Shown piece by piece: positions 33,805-45,108 of a stretch of DNA of 64,000 nucleotides. The DNA comes from Fimicolochytrium jonesii (taxonomy: Eukaryota), in assembly GCF_025526975.1 (NCBI RefSeq), contig NW_026515699.1:248001-312000 (forward strand), in the 5' to 3' direction. How positions within the stretch are numbered: the first letter of the stretch is position 1; the number at the start of each line of letters is the position of its first letter. A program made the position numbers and the translations under genes. The notes below the pieces were generated by a model. It had not been told where the DNA came from. It worked only from the letters and a program-made list of their open reading frames with translations, and did no database searches.

Positions 33805-36800
33805 CTACAACTTTGCACGAAGTTGCAAGCTCTCGCTTTCCACCTCGCTCTTCACCGCACCGCCACCATGCCCCGCCTCCCTCCAAACCCTCCTTGCCCC
33901 CTCCAAAACCTCCAAATACCACCTCACACACCTCTCCCGCCTCGCATAGTCAAACCCGCGGTTCGGCGCCGCGACGGCGTCAAAGAGGTGTTTGTACAGC
34001 GGGGATGTGTCTGGGTTGTGGCGGGTCGGTGCGGCGAGGAGGGGTGGCGGTTTGTGATCTATTCCGTCGTCGTCGTCGGCGTGTGTTGCATGATCGTGGT
34101 CGGAGGGGTGCAGGAGGGGTGAAAGCCACAGCCACGCCACATCGGTTTGTGACCCGGCGCTGCCGAGTAAGAGATACCGGATGGTAGCAAGCAAAGGCTC
34201 CAGCCCGGTCAACGCGACCGTGTTGATCTGGTCGAACAATACCATAGCCAGCTGGTCGCGGTGCATTATCCGCGCGGTGTGTGGGGATGCGGTGAGGATG
34301 TCGTGCAGGCGGGGGGCGGTGAATGATGTCGTTGCCGATCGCTGCTTTTTGCTCACGTCGGCCTCGGACTCGTGGGATAGGCGGGATATCCTCTCCAATA
34401 ATATCCCGATGCACGTCCACGCAATCCGGTCGGCTTCCTCCTGCACCGCCAGAGTCGTCTTGCCATCATAACCATCTTCATAACCATCATACTGCTGCTC
34501 TTCATCGTGTGCGTGAAGAGCATTCGCCACGCGATCCTTCCTCCGCGCCGAGGCCTCCTCATCCACTTCCAATCCACTCCCGGCGTCCATCCCACCGCGA
34601 CCCGGCACAACCCTCCTCGGTCTCCCCTCACCATCCTCCTCCTCTTCCCCCCCACGCCTATCCCCACTCCCAGCGGGCCCCGTACCGACCCCCGCCAACC
34701 CTCTCAAAACCCCCGCCACACCCCTCCTACACAAATCCCAATCCACCGTCTCCGGAAACGAGCTGACCATGCCCTTAACATACCACTCCGCAAACGCACA
34801 CACCAAACCCCTCATCCCTCGTCTCCCGGCGTTCGCAAACAGCTGCGCGCACAACGCGTGGGAGGTCTCGAAGAGGTCTTGGTCTTCTAGCGTGGGTTTG
34901 GCGGTTGTGGTGGGGTAATTGTAGAAGAGGTAGGGGTACAGACGCGGGAGGAGGTGGGTGGAGATGTACGGCGCGGAGAGGGCGTGGAAGTGGCGCAGGG
35001 CGAGGGTGAGGGTGAAGAGGAGGCGGGTTTTGAGGATTGTGTTCGGATGCACTGGGAGAATCGGAAAGAAAAGATGGTTAGGATACCCCAGGAGGAGGGA
35101 ACTTTCCACTGCAATGAATAGGGTCGAGGCTCGAACGTACCATATATCCCCCGATAAGTTGGCTGCAGCTCCTCCAAAATCTCTTCAAACACACTCTTAT
35201 CACGCATACTGCGCCCACGCCGCGCATCCCCACCCTCGCGGTCCTCAACCCACTGCAAAAGCCCATCCACCGTCTCCTCCCACGTCGCAAAACCCCCCAA
35301 TCCGAACCTCGCCGTGACAAAATGCAAATGCGCAAACGTGCGTAGAAGCTGCTTGACAATCTCCAACTGGTAATCAACACCCTCATCCTCGCTGGCCGCG
35401 ACACGCAGCGATGGCGCATCAAACATCCTCTCCGTCACCCGCCACCCCACAACACTAACCACAAACAGCACGCTTTTCAAATATACCCACAGCTCCCGGT
35501 CCTCCGGCATCTCCTTCACCCCAACCGCCTCCCACTCCGCGTACATCTCGCCCGCAAACCCCTCCATCCTACGCACTGCGTCATACACACCCTCAAGTTG
35601 CCCGCTTACCCACATGGCGCCGCACAGGGTGCCGATGACGCGGGAGATCCGGCCGAGGGAGGCGGTGATGGGGTGCTGCGTCTCTTTTGTGGTTTTGGTC
35701 GTGAGCTGCGCGATGATGGGTGGGGGGGTTTCATGGTGTGGTGTGGAGTAGGCTTCGGCGACGAGGGAGTGGTCGATGGAGAGGCCCTGGGGGTGGATGA
35801 AGACTGTGTCTAGGAGGGTGGTGAGTAAGGGGCTCCCGCTTGTGTTAAGTAGGTGGGCTGTGAGGTTGGGTTGCCAGATGTCGAGGGTATCGGCGCTTGT
35901 GTATGTTATGACCTGCTGGCAGCATTCGAGTAAGCGGGGTTCTTCCAGATTGTTTAAGGAGCCCGGAGTGTCCAACACTGCTGATAGCAGAGCCGAGCGG
36001 GCCCGTGCGCTCAGTTCGAGCACATCCTTCGCAACGTTTTCACCGTTGCCTAACGAGTCTTCGAGACCCCGAGTCAGGCCAGCGAGGGCAGCCAGCGCGA
36101 CCGTCTTTCCCCATATATCCGTTGCATCCGCATGCGCTTGCTTTACGCACTCAAACAGCTGAAAGAGGCATAAAGCAGGCTCGCTGGGCTCAGCCGGCGT
36201 GCGCAAAAGAAACGATCTCCATGTCCTCGTCGCGGGTTTAGCACTGCTCACATCCTCACAAAACGATCCCGTCACATGCTGAAAGAACTGCATCGCCTTG
36301 ATGACATTGAAAAATGTGCCAGAATCAGGCGCCGGCGCAGCAGCCGACAAAAGAGCCCGAACTACAGCCCCGAGCGACGTGGGTGGCGACGCCTTGAGTA
36401 GCTGTACGAGCGCGATATAAAGCCCATCCTGCTGGGATGCACTGAACTGCCAGAAAGCGGAAAGGCCCTGGCATATCGCCTCCATGGCGACAACGTCTCG
36501 ATCCAGGTCGACTTTGCCGAATGCGTGGCAGAGGGTGTGTAAGCTCTGGAGGAGGAGGTCGCGCTTCTGGGATACGCTGAGGGACCGCAATCCGAGTCTT
36601 GCTGCTAGCTCGGTGGTCGTGAACTGCAGCGTTGTGTTTTCCGCGACGTCTGTTTGCGTGGACATGCTTGAGCACGTGGTGTAAGGCATGGCAGATGCAG
36701 GAGTCAGCGTACCTGATTTGCGCATCCATACAGCCAGAAGGCTCATGATGGCCGTCAGACGTGTAATAGCCTCTGGATCCACAGAAACTTCCAATCGAAG

Positions 36801-37978
36801 AGCTTCTTTCAGAAGGGCGTCCAGGAAGTCTGCAACGAACCAGGACTTTGGCAGGTAATGCTGGAACCGCGCCAGCAGGTTGATGTTCTCCATCGTCTAG
36901 AGTAGCTGACGTTCAGCAAGTGCGCGCTCGTCACCATTTGTGCAAGTAGCGGTCCTCCCAGCAAACTTACAACGAATTCACTACGGCCAGCAAACTCGAC
37001 CACCGAGAATAAACTGCAGGATAGGATCGCACCCAGTCTTGCGATGTCCAGATCAGCAGGTTGCGGAACCGCCTCCGCCGCGCCCAATACTGGTAGGGTA
37101 AAGACATGTCGTAGTCGTATGGCCTCGAGCACCTCGTTGAGCTGTACGTTGCTGAATCGATGGTACAGCACTTTAGGAACGAGGAAAATCGCGGACTGTT
37201 TCGATGCCCTCGACGCAGATGCCGCCCTCACCTTGCGCTGCCGCCTCCCTCGACGATAGAATACAGCCTCAAATTCCGCTCGCTGAACGCACTCGACCAG
37301 AATTGTGGAGACGCCGAGACGAGTTTCAACGTCTTCAAAAATGGCATCCTTTCAGCACCCCTTATTTGGCCGCTCGTCTGAAGATTCCACCCTGCCCACA
37401 CACCTTGCTCTGCACGAACGTCCTAAGTCTTCTCAGCCCTTCAGGCTCCTCCCGTGTCGCATCCCTCGTTTGCGTTCCGTACACGGCCAGATAGACGAGC
37501 ACAAGCAGTACATGCTCCGGGACCTGCACACTTTTGTCATCGCTGCTAGTCCTGCGCGTAAGCTATCTCGACACCTTTTCTCCGACAGTCGCAAGAGATG
37601 CACTATGAAAGATACCTCGCACGAAAAGCCCCGTGATCTCCCTCCAAATACCGGTGAATGGAATCCCACGACAATCGCGCCGGGTCCACCGCCGAGAAGA
37701 ATGCGTGAAAGTCCGGGCTCTGAAACGGGTCGGCGACGTATGATATGTTCGGGGTTTCGCCCGCTGCTACTATATCCCATATTCAGCCTTTAGCTCAGGA
37801 TCGGAGAACGGGTGGGAGCACGACACTTACTGGCGCGGGCGTGGTCGGGATGCCCTCCGTCTACATGTCTGAGAATCTCGACGGGACGTTCTAGGTTCTT
37901 CCATTCCCCCGATGCGAGAAGGCCCCGCAGTTCGTTTAACCAAAAGGTTACGTCGGCTGTCTGGTGTGGTGGTGGCAT
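33805..37978 (-). CDS. PEX8: Pex8-like peroxin with long N-terminal extension and C-terminal PTS1, ~5 exons
   Basis: LWVYLKSVLF, LRTFAHLHFVTARFG..GF, DLFETSHA, ERCVRWYL; ends in -AKL*; 5' exons spliced by eye. Confidence 0.65.
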
Positions 37979-38179
37979 TGTGCATTGAGGTGTGCTGAGG
38001 CCAAATGGTTTGTTTTCAAAATATTATTGTCATTACGAACGCGACTCGGCCAGGCCCGCCATATATTCCTTCTCATACATGTTTTCGGCGCATATCCCCC
38101 CCGCCACGAAAGTCCCCTTAGAGAAGAGCGCCCACGTCCGATTATCCTAGCTCCGCGGTCCCTTCGCTCCCTTCTATTG

Positions 38180-38710
38180 TCATCCCGCCCGCAAAAATCC
38201 CCGTTCATATGGGCTATCCAGGTCCCACTGGAGGACGTAAGAATAGACATGGGTGGTATCCCCTATCCGTTCAACGTGCCACCAATCTCCGACGTTCATC
38301 GACGTAGAGTCCTGAACCAACTTCCTCCACTTTCCGGGCTCACCGTCATCATACCACACCACATAATACATCGCGGGTGGGTTTGGGGCTCGTCCTTCGG
38401 ACTGGACTTCAGCCGAGTCGCGGGTGAAGTCCAGTGCCTCGGGTGAAGTCCAGTCCGAAGTTCGATACCGGATAACTGGGCCCCATGGATCTAGTTCGAC
38501 GATTGATACTGCCGAAGTGATGGTAGTCATCGAGCTGCTGGTGCTTGGGAGGCACAATTCCAACTGTCCTGCCGGTCTCGGTGAAGAGGAATTGCCACGA
38601 GAGGAAGTAAAGGAGGAAGCGTCCAAAGAGCCGTACGATGTGGTAGCCTCGCGTCGGTCCCACAATCCTGCGTAATGCCGTTGTGACCAGCGTTGTGAGC
38701 GTGTGGACAT
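38180..38710 (-). CDS. Hypothetical orphan ORF (176 aa)
   Basis: Intronless ORF, Trp/Tyr-rich C-terminal half; no recognised motif. Confidence 0.3.
   Translation of the reverse strand: MSTRSQRWSQRHYAGLWDRREATTSYGSLDASSFTSSRGNSSSPRPAGQLELCLPSTSSSMTTITSAVSIVELDPWGPVIRYRTSDWTSPEALDFTRDSAEVQSEGRAPNPPAMYYVVWYDDGEPGKWRKLVQDSTSMNVGDWWHVERIGDTTHVYSYVLQWDLDSPYERGFLRAG
38395..38460. repeat. 23-bp inverted repeat (1 mismatch) with a partial duplication of the right arm in the spacer
   Basis: cttcggactggacttcagccgag / ctcgggtgaagtccagtccgaag; spacer contains cgggtgaagtccagt. Confidence 0.85.
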
Positions 38711-39174
38711 CAGAGCAATTCCATTAGGAGCCCATGAACAAGGCCCTTGAAGCGTAGAGCCACCACTGGCTGCCGTAGACGATCAGCAACACTGATGCAA
38801 TCCGAACCTCGAAATCTTGGACACAAATTGTGGGGACTGGCTTGCTGATGCTTTTGCGACGGGAATCCAAGGGTTGATGCTGCTGACGATTACGAGGGCG
38901 GAGACGAATTTGGGTTCTCGGAGGTTAAGAAGGAGCGGTGGGCGGGATGGGGGGTCGGGGTCGCGATTTGTCGGTTTCGTCATCGGCGGCGGTGAAGCCT
39001 TCGTTCTCGTGCAGATTCTCGTGTCTCCTTCAGATCCTGCTTGAGTTGCGCGACTGCGAGCGTTTCTAGCAACATTTTCGTAAGGAGTTTTTGCTGCCCC
39101 ACCGGCGGTGGTTCGCCTTCATCCGATTGGATTTTAAAACGCACATCGGGGCGGTTGATACGTGTCGTGGTGTA

Positions 39175-39873
39175 TCAGGCGCTGGGGGGCACGCCACGAT
39201 TGTACATAGCATCGAGCACCGCCGCCATTACAGTGTCGTGCGTGCCCTCTGCATACATGCCCCCATGCTCGTTAGAGCAGTGTGGCGAGTCTGTATCCAA
39301 GATGTTCCACCATATGACGGAGACACAGTTGCTCTCGTGGAATACACTCTCGGACGCGAGCGAGCTGCAGACAACAAGCACGTAGTCTACGCCCGACCAA
39401 TCACGGCTGGCATCGTCGAACCGGCGTGTGAACGTAGACCGCACAGGATCTCTGCTTACAAGAACGTCGGCTTCGGCGGCGAAGCACGCCAGCGGGTGGC
39501 CGTAGTCAAGGTACACCTCGCCACCTCTCCACGAAGACGCATCTAAGACAGGCAACTCTAACGGCCTGTTGTGATGAAGGAAAAGCTGCGCCATCACGTC
39601 AACAAGGCAATGATCGTTGTGTGAGCAGCCTGCTGCGCGCAAGTCGACATGCAGCCGGCAGCGCGTGAACATAGACAGATCTATGTCGCCGACCAACGCG
39701 TCCCACTGCTGGGTCAGCTGCAGCATCGCATCGGGAAGCGGATCGCCGTTCAGCGCTAGCTCAAGAACGTAGATGTCTTCGCTCTCTTCCAGAGTGCGTA
39801 AAAGCACCCTGCTTGCCGCCGCCAAGTCGTTGAGCTTGCGTAGCAACTCGGGGGTAGCCTTGCGCTGAGACAT
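39175..39873 (-). CDS. Hypothetical orphan protein (232 aa)
   Basis: Intact ATG-initiated intronless ORF with globular-like composition. Confidence 0.5.
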   Translation of the reverse strand: MSQRKATPELLRKLNDLAAASRVLLRTLEESEDIYVLELALNGDPLPDAMLQLTQQWDALVGDIDLSMFTRCRLHVDLRAAGCSHNDHCLVDVMAQLFLHHNRPLELPVLDASSWRGGEVYLDYGHPLACFAAEADVLVSRDPVRSTFTRRFDDASRDWSGVDYVLVVCSSLASESVFHESNCVSVIWWNILDTDSPHCSNEHGGMYAEGTHDTVMAAVLDAMYNRGVPPSA

Positions 39874-40232
39874 GGGGGTGAGTGCCTTGGAGTGGACTGA
39901 ATGCTCACATGAATGGCTGAATGCAGTGGACTGAATGCTGTGTGCAAAATATGTCTGGCTAGTAGCACACGTCGAGAGTAGGATCGAGTTCGTCTTCCAC
40001 CTCTTTCAGCTTAGCGGTGAGGTGACGGGCGCGCCGCGATTTTCGGCTTCTCTTTGCATTTTAACGGAATCTAGACGGTTCTTTCCACTCTTCTCCGACT
40101 CGAGCCACGGGTCGCCCTTGAGGGAGGTGACGGGCGGCAGAAGGTCGTTGGCGTTTGTGGGTTCGGCGGGTTGATGAGTTTGGGGTGGAGTACTGCACGA
40201 GGCACACTGTAAATATCTGGGGCGTCGTAACC

Positions 40233-40445
40233 ATGATAGTGAGAGGGCTTGCTCACACCCGTGGTGGCTATATGCTCGGAATGATGTCTGGGGCGTCGTA
40301 ACCAGATTTGTGGCCAGCATATACTGTTTGGCGTAGTGGCGAATCTTCCTTGTCTGCAGACGTGCAGGTAACCGGTTCGATTCCCACGCCCTTCAGCTCA
40401 GAGTATGACCGCGTCAATGGTATGTTACCTGAATGCACTTTCTTT
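40233..40445 (+). mobile_element. tRNA-derived SINE-like repeat, copy 2
   Basis: Pol III A/B boxes at about 40329-40384; ends in a T-rich tract; near identity to copy 1. Confidence 0.7.
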
Positions 40446-41010
40446 TTGCTTCTGTAACACTCGCGCTTGCGACGCGTGCTTGGCCAGCCCTGGGGAGATC
40501 AATCAATGGCCACAAGCCACACCTCGCATCAGGACGCCATATGCCTTCCAACGAGTCCGGAAGACGCAGCCAGGGGCGGTGCTCGTCGTCGATTTCACCT
40601 AATAAGAGCTCCTTCCCCTTGCTTGTATGTACTCAGGGCGCATCGCTGAACCGTCCACGCACATCCGACCCTCCTCTCGCTCTTCCAGGATAAGGAGCCT
40701 GAGCTCGACGCCGTCAAGAGAGAAGGGAGGAACTCGTCGCATAGGTGGCCGCCTTGGAGGTCAGCAACGTGCAGGTCATCAACATTGAAGCATATGTGGC
40801 GCAACAACTACAGGAATATACGCAAAAAGTTCTTGAAGGGCGGCATTCGGGGCTTATCAGAGCGCACAGAGAGTTGTGGGACAATAGAACTGATATGGCC
40901 GACGTCCAGGTGGGAAATCGTTGTGGAAAGGGTGGAGGTGTAAGGGAGACGTGGGCCGGAGACTCGCAAGGGGGTTGAGGAGCGTGATTTGCGCGTTAAC
41001 ACTCCTAGCG

Positions 41011-41060
41011 ATCATGACACCAACGACACCAACGTTTTCATCATGACACCAACGTTTTCA
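41011..41060. repeat. Short imperfect tandem duplication
   Basis: atcatgacaccaac-gacaccaac-gttttc-atcatgacaccaac-gttttc. Confidence 0.8.
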
Positions 41061-41763
41061 GGGTCCTCCAGGAATGAGCAGTACTCCTGTGTTATGGATC
41101 TTCCTGGAGAAGTTCCAGTCTAGTTGTCGCGCTGAAGCACGACGAATTACCCACGACCTGTAACTGATTTTGGCATGCCGCAGGGGCTGGCTGATGAAAG
41201 TCTCAAAGTCTCGGACGACCATCTCGTTTCTCACTTTGACGAGTCAGCCTTGAACGCAACCGACCCGGCCGTCCACCGCACCGCCCCGTCAGACATCCCC
41301 CTGTGTCGTCTTTCGTGCCAATCAGGTTTTCGTCGCCCAAGCAACTGGATCGAGGCGACTGCGAGGAGGTTGTCTGACCCTAGGAAAGAAACTAGTCCTA
41401 TGCCATAGTACCCGCAGGCAAAAAGCCGGTGCTTCGCAGTAGATGTCCGGAGCGTAGTTCTGCCGCAGTGTTGGAGTGACGATGCGGTTCTCAATTTTCG
41501 TGAAGCAACTAGGATCGCTGAACATCGTGCAGGTGTAGCTACGACGTTTACGGATGGCTTGCTGCATAGGGAGGGGCCACCGACCGCCTCAACCTTAACT
41601 TTCCGATCTGTTCAGATGTTACACCAGCGTTATGTGATCGATTTGCACCAGCGGATGAACGACCCGCTCTTGGCCGGCGTTCTTGGCCGGTCTAACGAGG
41701 AGGGTTGTTTGGCATTGGCGACGGAACGTACGGATGTGGGGCATCGCCGAACGATTCTGCAGT

Positions 41764-42312
41764 TCAGGTCCTCTGCCAGAACAATGGATGATCACAACAT
41801 CTGGAGCAAGAATGGGGCAGAATCTGTAACAAGGAGTTCTGTAGGCTAGCCGCCCCTGCTCTGGGGTTGATCATTTTGCATACATACGACTCGGCGCAAG
41901 AAACATGTGATTGAATTGCGTCGGTCACCATCTCGGCGCCGAGAACTGCATCCACGGCGGGAAACTGCCAGAGATTCGAGACTCCCAACCACATAAGATT
42001 CGAGCCCACTGGACGGAAAGGCAAATGTTGACAAACTGCAATCAAAAGTTCTTTATTCGAGCAAAGCTCTCTACGCAAGAATACATCTCTTGATGCCAGC
42101 ATAATACGCTTTGAGAGTGCAGCGGGGTAGTGTGTGCTTCTAACAAGCCACAGAAGGCCTATACCGCAGCCGAGAGGATCTTCACGATGTGAGGGGTTCT
42201 GCGGACTATTTTTTAGTTCTTCTCGCTCAGCAGCGGTGTCGACGACCACCCCTGGCGGCAATATCTGCGGAGCTTGGGAACGCTCGAGCGCGATAACATG
42301 AGGCGAATCCAA
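41764..42312 (-). pseudogene. Possible decayed F-box-like ORF
   Basis: NKELLIAVCQHLP...LMWLGVSNLW weakly resembles an F-box; downstream frames are broken. Confidence 0.25.
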
Positions 42313-42328
42313 ATGGCCGCTCGACGAA

Positions 42329-43017
42329 TCAAAGCTGTCTCTCTAGGTAGACAAACCGCCCATCTACGCCAGGCAGCAACTTTGATCGTCCCGCGTTTGC
42401 AGGGAAGTTCTCCATCCTGTCCGTCAAGACGAAACCCTTGCGTTGATACCACGCAATGATACTAGAAACAGAAAAACGAACCTATAAACTATTGCCCCCC
42501 CGGAATTACACCCCGCGACCACACATCTGCCACTTACTCCTTCCGCACATGGATAACCGTAATCTCCGCCACGGTACACCCCTGCTCCCTCATCTTATCA
42601 AAGGCCGCCTCCATCAACAGATTCCCCACCCCTTTACCCTGCAACGCGTGGCGGACCGCAAACAGGCCGAAATAGCCGCGGCTGTTGGGGCGGATCTCGA
42701 CGTCGACGCAGGCGAGGGGTTGGGGGGATGAGGAGGGATGGTAGACGAGGAGAGTGCCGGCGGTGGGTGGGCGGGAGGTTATGAGGGGGATGATTTCTGA
42801 GGGCTCGGCGCGGTCGCCCTGGGAGAGGGGAGGAAGAGTTTGTTAGGGTGGTGGGGGTGGGGATGGGCACAACGTTGCGTACTTGGACGAGATGCGCCTC
42901 GGTGGTCCATCCCCCGTCGCCTCTGTAGGCTTCATTGAGGGTTGCGACGATGGCGTCGACGTCGTCGAGCGTTGCTGGGCGAATATCGGCCTTGGAGGCT
43001 TTAAGTTCTCCAGTCAT
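42329..43017 (-). CDS. GNAT-family acetyltransferase, 3 exons
   Basis: IRPATLDD..AYRG..GWTTEAHL; FGLFAV..LQGKGVG (acetyl-CoA motif A); IIAWYQRKGF. Confidence 0.88.
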
Positions 43018-43369
43018 GGTGGTTGTGCTTTAAGCGTGGGATGGAGTGAGTGATGAATAGAGGGCGACATGCTGGGTCCTGTGGTCTCTTTAGTGCGTTC
43101 TGGAAGTTTGCCGGTTTGCGAAGGAAGGTGTTCGGGAACGGGCGCGCAGAATCCAAGCGTCACCCCAATTCAATTCCGTCCGATCCCGTCGTGGAAAACG
43201 CCGGAACTGCCATCAATCCACGATGTATGTACATGGTGCGAAGCAAACGTCCGAAAGCCGCGTCAGGTTGTCTGTCACACCTCGCACCTCTCGCACGCAG
43301 CCTCGCACCCTGCGAACTCAACAGAGTATTGACAGGCGAGCACCCACGCCGACTGTGGATCCCCTCCGC

Positions 43370-44450
43370 CTCTCGTATGGACATAAACCGGTTGCGTCAG
43401 GTATCCCACCCGACGTCTTCACGCAGGATGATTGGGACGCGTGGATTGCATCCTCATAACAGACTCACGACGGAGAACGAAACGCTCAAAGCCGAATTAC
43501 AAGAGCTACGCGAGAGAACGCAAGCCTGCGCTCGGAGCTCAATGCTGCCAAAGACGACGCAGACGCGATACTTATTCTTGCCGACATTCCTTGGAAAGGA
43601 CACGAAAGGAGAACGGCAACTACAAGCGTAAGATCGATAGCCTCCATTCCGAGCACGACGTTCAAAGGAAGGGAGCAGCGGAGGAGCTTAGGCAATGCAG
43701 GGAAAAAGGCGAGATCCTTCGCTCGCAGCTCGATGCGGCGGAGAACGAAGCCGAGATACACACAGCAACATCGAAGGAGGAGAACAACACCCTCGCTCGA
43801 CCCTCGCTGCTGCAAAAAATGCCGAATAGCTGACGGATGCAACAGTAAACAGGACATCGAGGAGTGCCATTCTGAGATCGATACCCTCCGCTTGCAGCTC
43901 CATGCTGCGAAGAAAGAACCCGAGATACGCATTGCAAGGACGAAGGAGGGGAACAGTCAATACCAGCTGAGATCAATACCAGTCTGAGATCAATAGCCTT
44001 CACTCCGATCTCCATGATGAGAAGAATGCCCCAGCGGTGAAGGATGCAAAGGATAAGGAAGAAATGGAGGAGTTGCAGTCTAAGATCGACATCCTTCGCT
44101 CGCAGAGATATACGCCGCAAAGGTGACGGACGAGCACCAAACACCAGTTCGAGATCAGTACCTTCCGATCTGACCTCGATGCTACGAAGAGACAAACAAA
44201 GATACTCCGCGCAAGATTGAGGAGGAGAACGTCAAACACCACATGGTGATTAATAGCTGCTCGGAGCGCGATGCTGGGAAGGAAGAAGCTGCTGCAGAAA
44301 GGTGGGCGAAGGAAGAAGAGGCAAAGGAGGCAGAGGGGGTCAGACTGGAGCTTGCGGCGCAGGTCGAGAGTCTAAAGCAAGCTATCGGGGAATACAAGAC
44401 ATAGGGAAAACGGCTCAACTCGGCGGATGAAGCTTGGACCGTCAAAGTGA
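43370..44450 (+). pseudogene. Decayed repetitive coiled-coil gene
   Basis: Repeated KIDSL/EIDTLR.QL-type heptads spread over several frames with stops. Confidence 0.55.
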
Positions 44451-45108
44451 AGGGCCTGACACGCCCTCAATCGGTGCATATGTTTCGAGTTTCAGTAGGT
44501 CAGCCTTTCCGAAGTCCACCTGAACCGCCATTTCTGCCATTGCATCTGTCGATAGCCACCGATACAACCCGCCGTCTGTGGTTCCATCGAGTTTTGAACA
44601 CACGGCTATACCACCATAACCTGCCGGCAACGCCAACAACACAACTCAAAGCACCCTCCGTTTCTATCAAGTCACCGTCCGATATACTATGCCCCTGCGA
44701 AGCCTGCATTAGCCATCCCCAAGCAAGCCCGCTGGAGATTTGAACTTCATTCGACGAGTGAAAGGTTGGCAGACCGGCAGGACTGACAGTAGATTAAGGA
44801 CTGTACGGCGTATAGGTTTCGGATTGGCTACCCCCCTTGCCCCCACGGGGTTTTTTGTATATTCTATACCTCGCGAGGGACCGCAAACTTTCCTACATGT
44901 AAACAAGAGCAACGCAATGAAGGCGCTCCGTCGTATATCCGTGTAAGTGCACACGAACATATGATATTGGCTGTCGATGTATTGCTTGTCTTGTCTGCAG
45001 TCCTTTGGTGCGCGTCAGCTCTTACATGTCTACCTCATTCACCAGCTTTCACCGTTCTCGATTTGAATTCACACCCAACAAGCACAGTACCGCAGACACA
45101 TCACCATA

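Noticed and set aside
40320..40400. Functional tRNA (Cys or Sec)
   Set aside because: Acceptor and anticodon stems do not pair and there is no TCA anticodon arm; treated as a tRNA-derived repeat.
44442..44750. Crinkler/REase-like fragment
   Set aside because: Too short and broken to support a family call.
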